Origin: Kudoa neothunni
Lineage: Eukaryota > Animalia > Cnidaria
NCBI GenBank assembly: GCA_964304625.1
Contig: OZ199838.1
Location: 11,185,608-11,249,607, forward strand
Direction of reading: 5' to 3'
DNA: 64,000 bases
This document shows positions 1-13,351 of the stretch, one piece after another (position 1 is the first letter of the stretch; every line of letters starts with the position of its first letter). Below the pieces are notes generated by a model that saw only the letters and a list, made by a program, of their open reading frames with translations, did not search any database and was not told the DNA's origin. Made by a program: the position numbers and the translations under genes.

Positions 1-1434
1 CTTTTAGCGTACGTATATAAATCTGTATTCTTGTAGTTGCAATGAAATAATTTTATTTTAGTTAATAAATTTTTTATATGGCGATTATATTAGTTTCCTG
101 TGTTTTATTTCAGGATAATACTTTAATCATCTATCTACAAATTGAATTTTACAACAACTACACATACACATAGATATTATTTTAAGTATTTTTGGGGTTA
201 ATATAGATACCTTAAGCATGATTAAAATTAATTACGTCAAACAAATAAATTTATAATTATCCAAATAACTCAATTTTTGTCTTTAAATTATATGCAACAT
301 TCAATTTAAAAAACAACATAACCGCTATTTCGCGCATATACATACATATTTATTAATTAATCTGGCATATTTTTATATAATTCTATATGTTAGGAAATGG
401 AAACGAATATATAAATTAAAACTATCGATGGAATGATAGACCTTTTTAAAATTTACATATCAGAATTGTAGATTCAGCTTCAATTCCTTTATTTTCCATT
501 CCCATGCATTTTTTTGGCTGCTGTATTGAGAAAGATAGAAGATATAACTGTATCTTATAAAATTGGCTTACCTTTATAAAATAGAAATAATCTCCCAAAA
601 GGTTCATCAAAAAATGACTATTCCCATAAATATAAATGGTGGTAAGGTTAGCAAATTGTAAACTTAAAGCTCAGCTTTCTGGACAATGCTTTATTATAAC
701 AAAAATTTGATGGAAATGTTAAACTTAATTTATTCGTAAAAATGTTTTTTTTTCAGGTTTTAAATCTCGATTTATCTTTTTAACTCAAAACAAATAATAT
801 TTGATTCATTATCAATTTTTTGGTGTTAACCGTAACATAAATAATTTATAACTAATATGTAATCAAGCAACTTTTTTGACTCAAATGATGAAAATATTTA
901 GCTTCTAAAGAATGTGTTCATATAGTTGATTAAATTAGAAAAAATATAAGTTTAAGAAATAATGAATTTTTCTTTGAAAATTTCTAAATTATTCAACAGG
1001 ATTTGGTAATAACTAAGTAAGTAGTTTCCATAAATTTGTGCCGGGGATTAATATATTAACTCCATTTAATAAATTGTTGACAGAAATTAAAGACGATGAG
1101 TTGATGGAAGATGGCATCAAATGGCATATTCAATGGTTAAACAGGTTATAAATCCGCCCTAGAGATTGATACTGTCTTTTTAAATAAAATAATGAATTTA
1201 TTAGATACAATCACAAATATTACATTTCAAATGTTTAGTAAAGTTAAAAAACGTAATTTTTTAATAAATAGTTGGTTATTGGATATAAATTTCAAAAAAG
1301 TATCACACATTATATATTCTTAAAGCGTTCATAAAATTACAAAAATTGATCCGCGTTGCATTTTAAGTATTTTTGGACGAAGGTATAACAGGAACTCGGT
1401 TACGTACTGTTCTAGCCCATATAATTCACTTTAT

Positions 1435-1450
1435 GGGGGGGGGGGGGGGG
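1435..1450 (+). repeat. G16 homopolymer
   Basis: 16 consecutive G in an otherwise AT-rich background. Confidence 0.9.
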
Positions 1451-2756
1451 AAGAATAGTCAAGAATTTATTCAAAAATTGTACCCCATAAAAATTAATAA
1501 ATCTCATCGCTGGTAAATGTTGAATTCAAACTGCAGTTTAATGATTAGAAATAATTAACAAATTATAACATTGTTACGTGCAGAGGAATTTTACTTATTA
1601 ATTGTACTTGGTACGGTTTATATAAACTTGATAATAACATAAGAAATATAGGAAACATTCCAAAAATGCATGTATGTTACTATCGTATTTTTATTAGGTG
1701 CAAACAGAATAGATCGAAAAATTGTGGTATTGATTTTATTTTATTCTAATCATATTATTTATTATCGTTAATCATTTGTTAATGCTTACATCATATTAAA
1801 TATACAATATATATTGTATATAACTTTTATTCCTTAACATCTTTCGTATATTATTATTAAATCTTAAGACTCAGGATAAAATTAAATTCACCTTCTCATA
1901 TATAATACTAAATGCCAAAAAATAAAACTAAAAACTTTATAAGATTGATTTTTAATGTTTATATTTCTATTATGGTGAGTAAGTTGGATTTAAATATTAT
2001 ATAAAAGAACTAAATGATGCCGGCTTATAAGCGATAGTTTTAGCCATCAGTGTTTATATGCCACCAAAAATAAGTGACAATATTTACATACTTTTCCATC
2101 AGTTTTTAAGCATTAACATGATAACCGATTTAAATACTAATTATACAATAGAATTATGAATTTTATTTTATATTGAAAACACACGAAAGCAAATAGCAAC
2201 GCATTTCATTGAGAAAGAAAAGGTATGCATACGTGTCAACTGATCTATTATAATACATAAATTATACATTAAAAATAAGAATATCTATAATACAATGATT
2301 GATATACGTAGTTATTGCATAACTATAATTTAAACTTACAAAAAGACTAAATTAAAAGAAACTCTAGTGCGCACGCGCCGGCCAATCTTTGCCTCCGGCA
2401 AAAACTTGGCCGGCGCACAAAAATGTTTTTATAATTTAAAAAAATCCCATAAACAATTAATTTAATATTAAAAGATTTATTGTATATTAAAGAATGGTTG
2501 CATTTCGATATAGACAAGTTGCATTTAGGTCTCGAAATACTGTAAATTCCAAAATTTTATGAAAAATTTCAATATATTACGTAAAGGACAACAACACAAG
2601 TACCGGGAATGATAATTTTCATATATTAACAAATTTTAAAAAAATTTTTTTTAGAATTGAATATAATAGGTTAAACAATTTATGGTTCCTTCAAGTCATG
2701 CTTGGAGCGCGCATTCTGCTCTAACAATACGACTAGGCACGCGTTAAGTTCGAACA

Positions 2757-3125
2757 TGTCTATCTACCCTTGAAACACTATTTATCACCTTCGAGGATCT
2801 TGATAATGCGATTTTAGATTACGAGGAAGTCAAATTTTTGTAACTTTTATAAGTATCAAGCCAGAACTATTTCGAATATGAGAGGCAGAATTACTAAATC
2901 AGTCAACCCAGCTCTACGTTATGAGATTACTTACTGTTGAATTTTCAATGGTAAAAACAAACCAAAATCTTGTGGCAGTAGAAATAAACCAGCTTTAAGA
3001 GGAGATTTCTGTTAAAATATCATTTAGGACTTATGTCGATGGAACTGCTCCTGAAGTACTTCTTTATATGTTAGTTCATAATCATGAATCAAATGAAGTG
3101 ATTTACAGAAATTTACCAAAACAGG
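2757..3125 (+). pseudogene. Fragment of MULE-related (ZSWIM3/FAR1-like N-terminal domain) transposase, frameshifted
   Basis: Manual translation across frameshifts gives FITFEDLDNAILDYEEVKF..NFYKYQARTI..VNPALRYEITYC..HNHESNEVIYRNLPKQ, matching the ZSWIM3/FAR1-type C..HNH N-terminus. It ends where the Merlin copy begins. Confidence 0.5.
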
Positions 3126-3895
3126 CTGACCTTGCATATGTGCGGCGCTCAGTCCCTTCTATTAAAAATGATTCCTCCTGTGAAGAAATTGAAAAATATT
3201 TTCTATTCTGAAGACGCTGCAATAAAATTCCTATTTGATGAGGGGATAATAAACAAGCCAAGCCATTGCGTTTACTGCGGAAACATTGGTTTCTCTGTAG
3301 GTCGCAAACAATGACGTTGTACAAAAAAAGATTGTAGGAAGAGAGTGTTCTTTTTCAATGTACTTTCTTTTCTTTGTGCAAGTTGCCAATAAATGAGGTG
3401 CTTGAATTTTCGTACAATTGGTTGACTGGAGTTAAATAAACACAACTCGATTTTATAATTGGACACTCGACAAATACTATTTCAAGCTACTCGATGTATT
3501 TAAGACAGTCAGTGGCTGATAGTTTAGATTTCGAAGACATCATAATAGGAGGTCCAGGTATAGTCGTGGAAATTGACGAATCCAAATTCGGAAAAAAATA
3601 AATACCACCGTAGACATCCTGTTAATGCTCGCTGGATCCTTGGTGGAGTTGAAAGAACCGGAGAGAGAAGGATCTTCCTTATTGAAATCCTGACAGAAAA
3701 GCAGAGACTTTAATCTCTCTTATTACGACGTATATCAGAGAAGACCTCAATCATTAAACTGATTGCTTCTCGAGCTACCAGAATCTCCACCAACATTATC
3801 ATCACCTCCAAGTCAACCATAGTGTAGAATTTGTCGACTCCGTGACTGGCACACATACAAACCATACAAACACCATCGGGTTATTGTGGAGCATG
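3124..3895 (+). mobile_element. Merlin (IS1595/ISXO2-like) transposon, degenerate transposase
   Basis: N-terminal CxxC (HCVYCG), then IGGPGIVVEIDESKFGKKKYH, WILGGVERTG, TDCFSSY and VNHSVEFVDSVTGTHTN. Stops and frameshifts present; 3' truncated; TIRs not established. Confidence 0.85.
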
Positions 3896-4349
3896 TTGCT
3901 CCCCATTTTTAATGTTTTTACGACTTTTTTCGTCAGAAGCGATTCAAAAAATCTTATATTTTCTTCTAATCGCATATACGACAATGTAGTAAATATATAA
4001 TCTCCATGTTATACACTAGTTTCTGTATTCTACCATGAAGGAATACGATTTTGAGTACAAATTGTGCAACAAACGGTTTATAATATTTTACATTGTATTC
4101 CACCGAAACTAATTTCACAATAAGTTATTATTAACGGTTGTTGTTCAGACATGTAGAATATTGAAAATTTATCTATAATCAAAACATTTTTTTCTAAATT
4201 ATAGCAATATAACTATTTTTAAATTATCTAAATTTTTTTAATCGAATCGCTACTTATTAGATGCAATTATTGAGTGTTATTTGATAAATTGTCACCTAAA
4301 CGGTACTTTAAAGGTCGTTATTAATTGGAAAATGCATAAATAACTAATA

Positions 4350-4614
4350 CTAGCGCAAACCCTTGCTACGCTACGGGTCCTTTCCCAATGTTTTTACGTA
4401 ACCAAATTTTTCTTGTAATTTGTGACATTTACTGGATAAAAAGAATGCTTCCTCATTAATTTTTAATTTTCTTTATATTTTAATAAAGTATTACAATATA
4501 AAAACATCGTACAAAGATCCTAGCTCACGCCTCAGCTTTTTGTTTGTTCCCAATGTAGGTCAAAGTCTGGTGTAGGCTGAGGTGTTTTATATTTAAAAAA
4601 TAATTGTGTATAGA
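4350..4614 (-). mobile_element. Small non-autonomous Helitron (~265 bp)
   Basis: Minus strand reads A|TCTATACAC... and ends CCCGTAGCGTAGCAAGGG (hairpin) TTTGCG CTAG|T: canonical TC start, subterminal hairpin, CTAG end, A-T target. The 5' end is less certain than the 3' end. Confidence 0.6.
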
Positions 4615-5289
4615 TAGCGCTATCGCAGGTTTACGCGGGGGTGGTTTCTGTTATAGTTTGAGATTAAGGGCCGCGCAAAAGAAAGAGAACTGGAATAAAA
4701 TAGACTAAAGGTAGTGATGGTATTCCTCCCAGTTTAATCGTGTCTGTCTATGTCCTTCGTGTAGCGTGGGCTCCCCTCGGTCTGCACCGGGTCTCCCACC
4801 CGGGAACGACTTCCCTCTTTATTGTGAGGGATCGTGATTCTCGGATTATGACAGTTTCCTTTCCCGAATTTGTTTAATTTAAGAAGATAATTTGTTATTT
4901 AACGTGTGAAATTTGGCTAAATACAAAGATACTATAATACAGATATAAAATTTGTTTTTTCAATAATATTTTCAGAATGTTAAATGGATCTAAATGAGTG
5001 GTAACGCAATAGTTTAGCTTCCCCAGTTTAGACCAAGGTTAAACTAAAAATTTATAGTATGTGTATAGACAGGAACCATAAGTCATATCGATTATTTGTC
5101 ACTTAAAATTTTATTTTTTGAACATTTAAAACTGAGAAGTCTAAAATTATGTTTTTATATCATAAGATATTAAAAATTAACGTAAAAATTATTAAAGGTT
5201 AAATAAATGAAGCATAACTAATTATGAATCAAAAAATTAACCAAAACATGAAATTAATATTGGTGAAATATTAGTCGTTTCAAGTTATA

Positions 5290-7993
5290 TGCGAAACAAA
5301 ATAACGCCAAAAGGTAAAAATAATCGAACTAATCGAATAAACAATTTTTAATATACGTTTGAGGTTAGGGGATTTGAAGAGAGGTAGATGATCAAGCGAA
5401 TAGAAGACGAGAGTAAAACATGATAAGAAATTCCAATAGAAGACAAGAAAGAGACCATTGAAGAAATAAACTCGCGGTGAAAATCGAATAGATTATGTCA
5501 GCAAGTTAGACGATCTCAAGATAGAGAACAAAGTATAAAGCAAAGGGAACAAAGAAACCGTATAGCAAACCAGAATCGACGTATTCTCACAATTCAACCA
5601 AATGAAGTGAGATTTCTGGAAGAACAAAACCAAATTAGTCAACTAAATCAAATTGATTGTCAGCATGAAAATATAACGGAACCATCACAGAACATGGTGG
5701 TTCAACGTTATCAAAGCGACAATATTTTAACCGGTGTATCATGGAATATGGTTGCATTGAGTTATGACTCCAAGTCAATTACTTAAGCGATAAAAATTTA
5801 AATATTGGAAAAATGAACAATGTCTGTCTAATTGTGTTTTGTTAAAAAATGGCCAAGCGAATCGATTGGTTAATGTCGTTCTGGGGGAAAGTTTTGTTAG
5901 TTGTTTTACCTGAACCTCCGTCGTTATTGAGAATTTTGTTAAATGGAAATACCGATGACTCCAAACGCTTTTTGAAAAACACCAGGGAAATATAATAATG
6001 CATTTCAAATGACATCTTTTGGGGCAGAAATTGTTTGTGAACCTGTTTTATGCCCACATTCAAAGTTGGGGGCCAAATTTGTCATAGAACAGGATCCCTA
6101 TTACCTCCGGACATTGAGGAACCAAAGTTCTTACAGCTGTGCTCTGTGGAGGATCATAATTTACAGACTCAGAGCAGAACGAACATATATTTCCGAACTG
6201 AGATATGATATTGATCCGGACTGCAACATACGATACATATGCGCTGTAAATGTAATCCTCGCATGACTTTAAAATAGTTATTGACGCTGAAAAACGTCCT
6301 AAAGAAGAGCACGAAAGACGATTTAACGCTCACTATGCAATGATGTTTGCCGTTGTTATGTCAGATCAAAACATGAGAAAAGAGACATTATTTTAAGGAC
6401 TAAACAGAATGTACTCTAACGAATCAATGAAACGCATCGCTCATATGATCCATTGCAATACCCATTAATTCACATTAATGGTCAAGGTGGTTATCATTTC
6501 GGTATTCCTCAGGTTGGGACAAACAAGACTGTCTCATGTAAAGATTTTTATGCTTTTCACTTTATGATATGAGAGAATAATTTTAACGCATTACATCATT
6601 TCCAGGCATTATATCAGCAATATGCTGTGGATATGTTTGCTAAGATGGAGTCCTGAGAGATTATGTTACATTAAAACTCATCAGAAGGAACTTCGTGTTG
6701 ACTCTTTATACATTTAAGACAGTATATGCAATGATGATACTCATATGGAGCGGGAACAATTGTGTATTCTTCCATCCAGTTCCACAGGATCACCACGCTA
6801 CAGGTATGAAAAAACGCAAGATGCGATGACCTATGTTCGATGTTTTCGGTCGTCCAGATCTTTTTATTACTTTCACGTGTAATCCGTTGTGGAGTGATGT
6901 TAAGGGATGAATTATTCACTGGTCAGGCTGCTAAAGAAAGACATGATCTAATGGCTAGAGTGTTTAATTTGAGATTAAAGGCATTTATAAAATTGTTAAC
7001 GAAACTCCAGATCTTTGCCAGGTGCAGTGCTTCATGTATACTATTGAATGGCAGAAAAGAGGTCTGCCATATGCTCACATATTATTATGGCTCAATAAAA
7101 AACTACGTCCCAAATGACGTGGATAAATTTATATCGGCTGAACTACCGGGATCAAACTAAGGATCCATAGTTATCTCAGATTATAAGTAAAAAAATGGTT
7201 CATGATCCATATGGTGGTGCAAATCTACAAAGTCCATGCATGAAGGGAGATAAATGTAAAGAAATATCCAAAACGTTTTATTGCGGAAACTCAGACTGAT
7301 GAAGATGGCTATCCACTCTACAGGGGACGACAACCTGATCATGGTGGATTCACTACAACTCTCAAGATGAGGAATGGCCATGATGTAATCGTCAATAATA
7401 CATGGATTGTACCTCATTGTCCGTTATTATCGAAGATATCTAATTCACATATAAAAGTTGAGTAGTGTAACTCTGTCAAATCCATAAATACGTTTGCAAA
7501 TATGTTAATAAAAGGTCCGATGCTGCAACATGTTCTGTTAATCATCCAAATAATGCTGACGAAGTCACCAGTTACCAAACATAACGATATATAAGTAGCA
7601 GCGAGGACATTTTGGAGCATTTTCGGTTTGGATATACATAATCGATATCCGCAATCCAACATTTAAGTGTTCATTTGGAGAATGGGCAGAGGATATATTT
7701 TACCGAAGAAACTTTAGTGGATCCGATTCAAAATCCAAAAGATACAACATTGACAGCGTTTTTCAAACCTTTGTCAGCATGATTCGTTTGCACAAACGCT
7801 ATTATACAACCAAATTCCATATTTCATATGGAAAGATAACAAATAGGTTAGACGAAAGAGAGGAATTCCTGTAGAGGGTCATTCTGATGTAAAATTTGAT
7901 AATACGTTGGGAAGAGTTTACACTGTACATCCAAACTATAGCGAATGTTTTTACTTGAGGATGCTTTTACATGAAATTAGAGGATCAAAGTTT
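5290..7993 (+). mobile_element. Helitron RepHel pseudogene (Rep/HUH part; helicase absent)
   Basis: Fragments NNAFQMTSFGA, LQYPLIH, YQQYAVDMFAKME, PDLFITFTCNP, YTIEWQKRGLPYAHILLW (HUH region), DGYPLY, KYVNKG, VHLENGQRIYF and GRVYTVHP..ECFYLRMLL. Many stops and frameshifts; cut at 7993 by a hAT fragment. Confidence 0.9.
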
Positions 7994-8954
7994 TCAATAT
8001 CTTTCTTTTTTCCTTAACATTTTTTTGTGAAGTTCAATTGAAATATTCTTCTTTTTATCAAGAAACAATTCTACGCTTATAGATCCAAATGTTTTCCATG
8101 TAACTTGATTTTGATAGTGTGTTGCGGATCCCTCATGCTTATTTAAAGAGATTGGTAAATTATTTAAGTCGAAATATCCTTCTTTGATCCACACACTTTC
8201 ATTAGTCATCGAAAAAAGCAAACATTGGAAAAAATAGCCTTATTGTTACAGCACACCCACAAAACCCCTCTTTTTTCTTATATCACGAATTATTAAACGT
8301 CCTGATAATTGTCTTCCCTTTCGGTTGTTTAAGTTCTTTAAGACCAGGAGTCAGACTACCATTTCTTATAATTTGTAATTTATCTTCATAAGGAAGTTTT
8401 GAAAACTCTTTAAGATATCTTCTACCCATATTTGAAGAGATGAAGCAAGACTAACAGAGGCGCGGGCTCTTCTTACAAGTAGGACAATAATTAGTAATAA
8501 CTTTGGGCGATATTCCCAGTATAGTTGTCATATAGATTATCGTATTTTAAAAATTACCTTTAATTAAAATTAAGAAAAAATTGAAGAAACAGGACAATTT
8601 ATTTGAATTAATAATGCACGCTCAACTGGAATATTTTAGAAAGATCACGTGACTCAATCGTAGGCAGTATAAATTCTGCCCACGGCCGGCCATTAAAAAA
8701 CGCAGTGATGCGCAGAATGATGCGGCACGTGCTAGTCACGTAGTTTTACGTGGATTTTATATAACGATTAGAAGGCAGAGACGACTTGTGCCGATCTTGT
8801 TACTAATACCTCGAATATTTTGTAATTTTGTAAGAATATTTGAATGATTATTGTGGTATTGAGATAAAAGGGATTTTATCTTCATAAAATTAATTAATTT
8901 TGATTCAATAGGGTAGGCACTACCTGCCTTGCCTACCCTGACGGCACGTGCCTG
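7994..8954 (-). mobile_element. hAT (ZMYM1/P52rIPK/Tip100-like) 5' fragment with TTF-type zinc finger
   Basis: Minus-strand terminus CAGGCACGTGCCGTCAGGGTAGGCAAGG at 8954 with internal palindrome GGGTAGGCA...TGCCTACCC. Peptide CLLFS..SVWIKEGYFDLNNLPISLNKHEGSATH. Confidence 0.65.
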
Positions 8955-9247
8955 CCACACACACATCTTCGGCCCTCTCCGAAGTAACATCTTTATATAT
9001 GCTACCGGCAATGTATGAAATTCAGGCACTATATAGAATGCTTAGTCAAAGTGTATAATACATGCGTTCTTACATACTCTACCTAGGCATTCTCTATAGT
9101 GACTAGTTCTATTTCAGGCAATGTGCAAGTATGCAAATTTAAAAAGATATTCGTCCAAAAATGGTTAATAATCAAAAATGAAGCGCAAAAAGAAATCAAA
9201 ATTAACCTTCAGAAAAATCACAAACGAAGCACAAAAATAACTTAGTA

Positions 9248-11264
9248 CAGTCGAGATTCGATATTGCGTAATTTTTGGGACCAAGGAAAAATTACGCAAT
9301 AAAAAGGTTTTACGCAATATCGAGTCACGCATATGCGCACTTGTAAAAATATTCGATTTAAACTTGTTTTGTTCGTTTATCCTACTTTAAATCATTGCTA
9401 GTGAAATAAAATAAATATAAGGGATTTTATTTAACTCAACCAGACAAAATTATTAATTTTTATGAAAAAATGAAGTAATTTTAGTTTGGTGCCATCTTTG
9501 AGATGATATTTTTAAAATTCGATCCATTATCGGATAAAGATCGATGAGTCCAGATGGATCTTCCTGAATAAACACCTTTCTTAATGTACTTACGGCATGC
9601 TTTATATCTTTTATTGGAACTTTTGGTTCTTCCTCATCAGATTCGATTTCATTCTGAATTGGATTCATTGTTGATATAAGACATCGCCGTTATCATCTTC
9701 ATAAGTAGGTAAGTTATCATCAAAGTTGGTCTCCCATGTTTCCTCCTCGACTATAAAAATGTTAAAATTTTATTGTATATTTATACTCTGTTCATCTTCG
9801 AAAATTTTATCATTTGTTTCCGTCTCTGTATCTCCTATGATAATGGATTAATTTTTGAAGTTCGCATTAGCTTTTACTTTCGCTAAATATGCCCGACTTT
9901 TTAAAATAGTTGACAATAATTTCAGGTGGAATACTGTTCCATGCTTCTTGGAGTGTCAAAATTGCATTAAGTAATGTAAATTTATTATTTAACGAATCAT
10001 CACATAATGCCATATGGCTACACAATATTTTTTTATATCTACTTTTAAGACAATTAATCACTCCGAGATCGAGTGGCTGTAAAACACTTGTAGTATTTTT
10101 AGGTAAGAAGAAAAACTTTATATTACTAAAGCAAGTGATATCTTTGGGATGTGCTGGGCATTAGTCCAACAAGATTAGTATTTTTCGTTGTTCTGACTCC
10201 ATTTTAAAATTTAATTTTTTTCAGTATCTGGAAAAAATAGCAGATGTCATCCAAGAATTTTTTTGGGCATAATACTCATGAGGTAAATTTTTTACCCCCT
10301 TGAAACACCTGGGGTTTTGGTATTTCCCAATTACGACTAAGGGCAACTTTTCTCCGCTTAAAGAGCACGATACCAAAATCGTTATTCCTTTTTTCGATAG
10401 CTTTTTACCTTTAATGTCACGTTCTTCTTTTAACAAATAACTACTGTTCTGTAATTTCTCATCAAACAAACCAGTTTCGTCAATATTGATTATATTTTTT
10501 GGGCTGTATATGCTTATCAAATTTTTATTTTCATAGATCCACGAATCAATAGACGCGACGTTAGCGCTCGCAGCTTCACCATGAAAATGCTTGAAAATGA
10601 TTCCAAACTTTTTTTTAAACCCCGCTAACCAACCCCTGCTTGCTTTAAAATTTTGAACTTCATTCTTTCTGGCAATTGTGGTGGCTATTTCAAGTATTAC
10701 GTCACCAGAAATAATGTGACCATTGGTGCGTTTTTGGACAAACCATTCATAAACTTCTTCGTCCATGTTGATCAATCTTCCATTTGAATGCCTCTTCCTA
10801 TTTCCTGCAACATTTGAATTTTTCAGCTTGGTTTCATGAGAAAGAATTCTGTCAAGCGTTGAATGTTCTTTAAAAAATAAATTGTTATCGACTAAAAATA
10901 ATCATACCATTAAGTTTAAACTTTTCAACCGTCATTTTCTTTGTGCCCTTTATTGATTTTATTGAATTGTAATATTGTATTATTCTAATTTTCTCCGAAA
11001 TTTCACGCTGCTCCCCGGACATATTGAAGATGAAATCACGCGATATCGAGTCACGTTGGTAATTTACGTTACGCAATAAAAAGGTTTTACGCAATACTAA
11101 ATCAGAGGCACGTAGAAAAAATATTTTTTTATTTTTATTCTATATAATTAATTTAATAAATAAAGTAATGATATAACTCCAAAATTAAGTCCCAATGTAA
11201 ATATCTTCATATCGAAAATCTTAAATTACGCAATACCGAATCACGCAATATCCAATCTCGACTG
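9248..11264 (-). mobile_element. pogo/Tigger transposon, full length, with disrupted transposase
   Basis: 22-bp TIRs CAGTCGAGATT(C/G)GATATTGCGT flanked by TA on both sides. CENP-B-like HTH (FKASRGWLAGFKKK) and DDE_1 motifs (NIDETGLF, YYAQKNSWMTS, QPLDLGVI) at ~9453-11023. Confidence 0.92.
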
Positions 11265-13051
11265 TATTCATTACAACAAGAAAGACTAGAATGGCATTGT
11301 AAATTCTTCTTGAGGCAAAGGCATTTGTTATTTTGGCACTTAGTTTTACACATACACCTTAAAAATCCTTGACCACTTCCTGTAGATTGAGAAGTAGCAG
11401 CAGAGCATAGAGGTACTTCGTGGTCAGGAACATCAACAATTTTTATAAATCGCTTTTGGCAAATGCTAAATTGTGATCTTGCGTATAGCTGCTTTAACCT
11501 TCCTTGATTAGTTCCAAGTCGGTAAAAACCATCTTCCGTAAGGTCCATTACCACCGTTAACACATTTCGCGGGTCACCACGTCCCTTGTCCACATCAGGA
11601 ATAGGAGTGCGCACAGTATCGCCCAAAGATGCATGAGAAAAATTTTTGTCCGAGGCCATTTTCATTTTTTTGCTTGAATCTCTAGGCTCAATATGGACGG
11701 CTTCTTATGTTTCTCAGCATTTTCAATGTTAAAACAAATAGTGCAGCAGATACCAACACCATAACCTCCAATTGTTTCACCATTGTCGTCTTTTACAGTT
11801 TTCCCACAGATTATATGGACGCTTCGGCCACACTTAACACAAGGATGTGCACCAGTGCTTGCTTTTAAGCATGTACAACACACGGAAGAATTTGTAGATT
11901 CTTGAGTACACATTTCTTCATTGTAGCATTGTTTTCCCATTTCATATTCAGAAATCTCAACAGTGTTCTGTGGAGTAATGTTCATTTCTAATTCTTCTTC
12001 AGTGTGTATACCGACTAAAACATCTTGAGGTATGGAAGGCGTAGTGAGACCAACTTTAACTTTGCAGCCAAAGAGAGCTTCATAAGGTGTTCTTTGAATC
12101 CCAGAATGGAAAGCTCTATTTTTCATAAATTGGACGAAACGTATTCCTTCGCTCCACTTGTTGGTTTTTTCGTCTTGCATCCAAGTAGACAACATGTTTT
12201 CGATATCTTGGTTAGCTCGCTCAACACTACCCTGACTTAAAGAATGTGGCGGCTTTCCATGAACAATCTTCAATGTCGGCCAGTATTTCTTCAGGTTTGT
12301 GATCACCTTATTGGCGAATTTTCGACTGTTATCTGACTGCAATATCGATGGAGCTCCCAGTAATGTGAATGTGTCTATTAAATTAAACGCTACTTCTTCA
12401 GCTATTTTTGATTTAATAGCCCGCAAAACAACAGACTTAGTAAGGTGATCTTGATATACCATTATAAATTTGTATTCTTTATCAGGATGGGATTGGAAAT
12501 CAATTAGATCCACCTGACAGCGGGAATTGAAATCAGAAAATACCATCGGTTTCATTACAATGTTTTTTTTCATTAATTTTTGTTTCTTATGGCATGCCTG
12601 GCAAAATTGAATGAACAATTCAATATCACGACGGGTAATATTTTTAAATTTTGGCCGAAGCTCCTTTAACATTCTGTCCCGTCCTCCATATCCAATGGCT
12701 ACATGAGCGTCATGAATAACATCAAATAATTTCAGAATCATTGACGTAAAACTGAATAGAACGGACCCCTTCTTTGAAAGGATAAAACAATTTGCTTTTT
12801 TTCTCTATCGTCATCACATCGTAGCGTTTCATAAACCAATAATCCCGTAGTCCTTTCTTTGTAGTTAGCTTTTCTCTTATCACATCATTCACTAGTCGTT
12901 CATAACTGGCGTCGGTACGGAAAACACAATTTTTAGCACCAGTAGTTCGCATTTTTGATAACTTTATAAGGAAAATTTCTCTCATTTCAATCAAACGAGA
13001 TTCTTTTTCAAACGCTACATTTGAATTTTCTCCATTCATGTTTACAAACAC
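11265..13051 (-). pseudogene. Integrase-like transposase (HHCC, rve DDE core, PHD-like Zn finger, C-terminal CXC), two frameshifts
   Basis: HDAH..CQAC zinc motif; core RCQVDLIDF, ILQSDN, QGSVERAN; CCTC..CVKC..H..C; CMCKTKCQNNKCLC. The true stop (CCNEY*) is rebuilt by removing the pogo insertion. Confidence 0.85.
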
Positions 13052-13285
13052 ACAGCAATGAGCACAAACTTACGTAGCGTCACCTAATCCCAAGGACTAT
13101 TATCATGTGAAAATGACGACTCGAACATCTTTTTGGTGGGAATTAATTTTTATACATTGCCTGTAACATTATATATATAGATGTATTCGCTGTATAAAGT
13201 TCTAACAGATTAATCTAGTTATATTAAATGCATTAATTATAAAACTTACATAATTTGTCAAAAATGTAATAATAAGTACAAAATC

Positions 13286-13351
13286 ACTGGGGTCAAAAAA
13301 GACCCCGTTGGGAACACGCGTTTTTTCCATGAGCTCGGTCCCGGTGGTTAA
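13286..13351. mobile_element. Solo piggyBac-like terminus
   Basis: CTGGGGTC...GACCCC subterminal motif and GGTGG|TTAA end, resembling the subterminal repeats of the piggyBac at 37908-40130. Confidence 0.45.

Larger units (their letters stand above)
9000..13168 (-). mobile_element. Ginger-like DNA transposon with KRBA2/SCAND3-type integrase; contains nested pogo element
   Basis: Imperfect TIRs TGCTACCGGCAATGTAT (from 9000) and TGTTACAGGCAATGTAT (reverse complement ending 13168). Integrase split over three frames at 11265-13051. Confidence 0.75.

Noticed and set aside
1435-1450. G16 tract as a functional G-quadruplex
   Set aside because: No supporting context, and homopolymer length is unreliable in this assembly.
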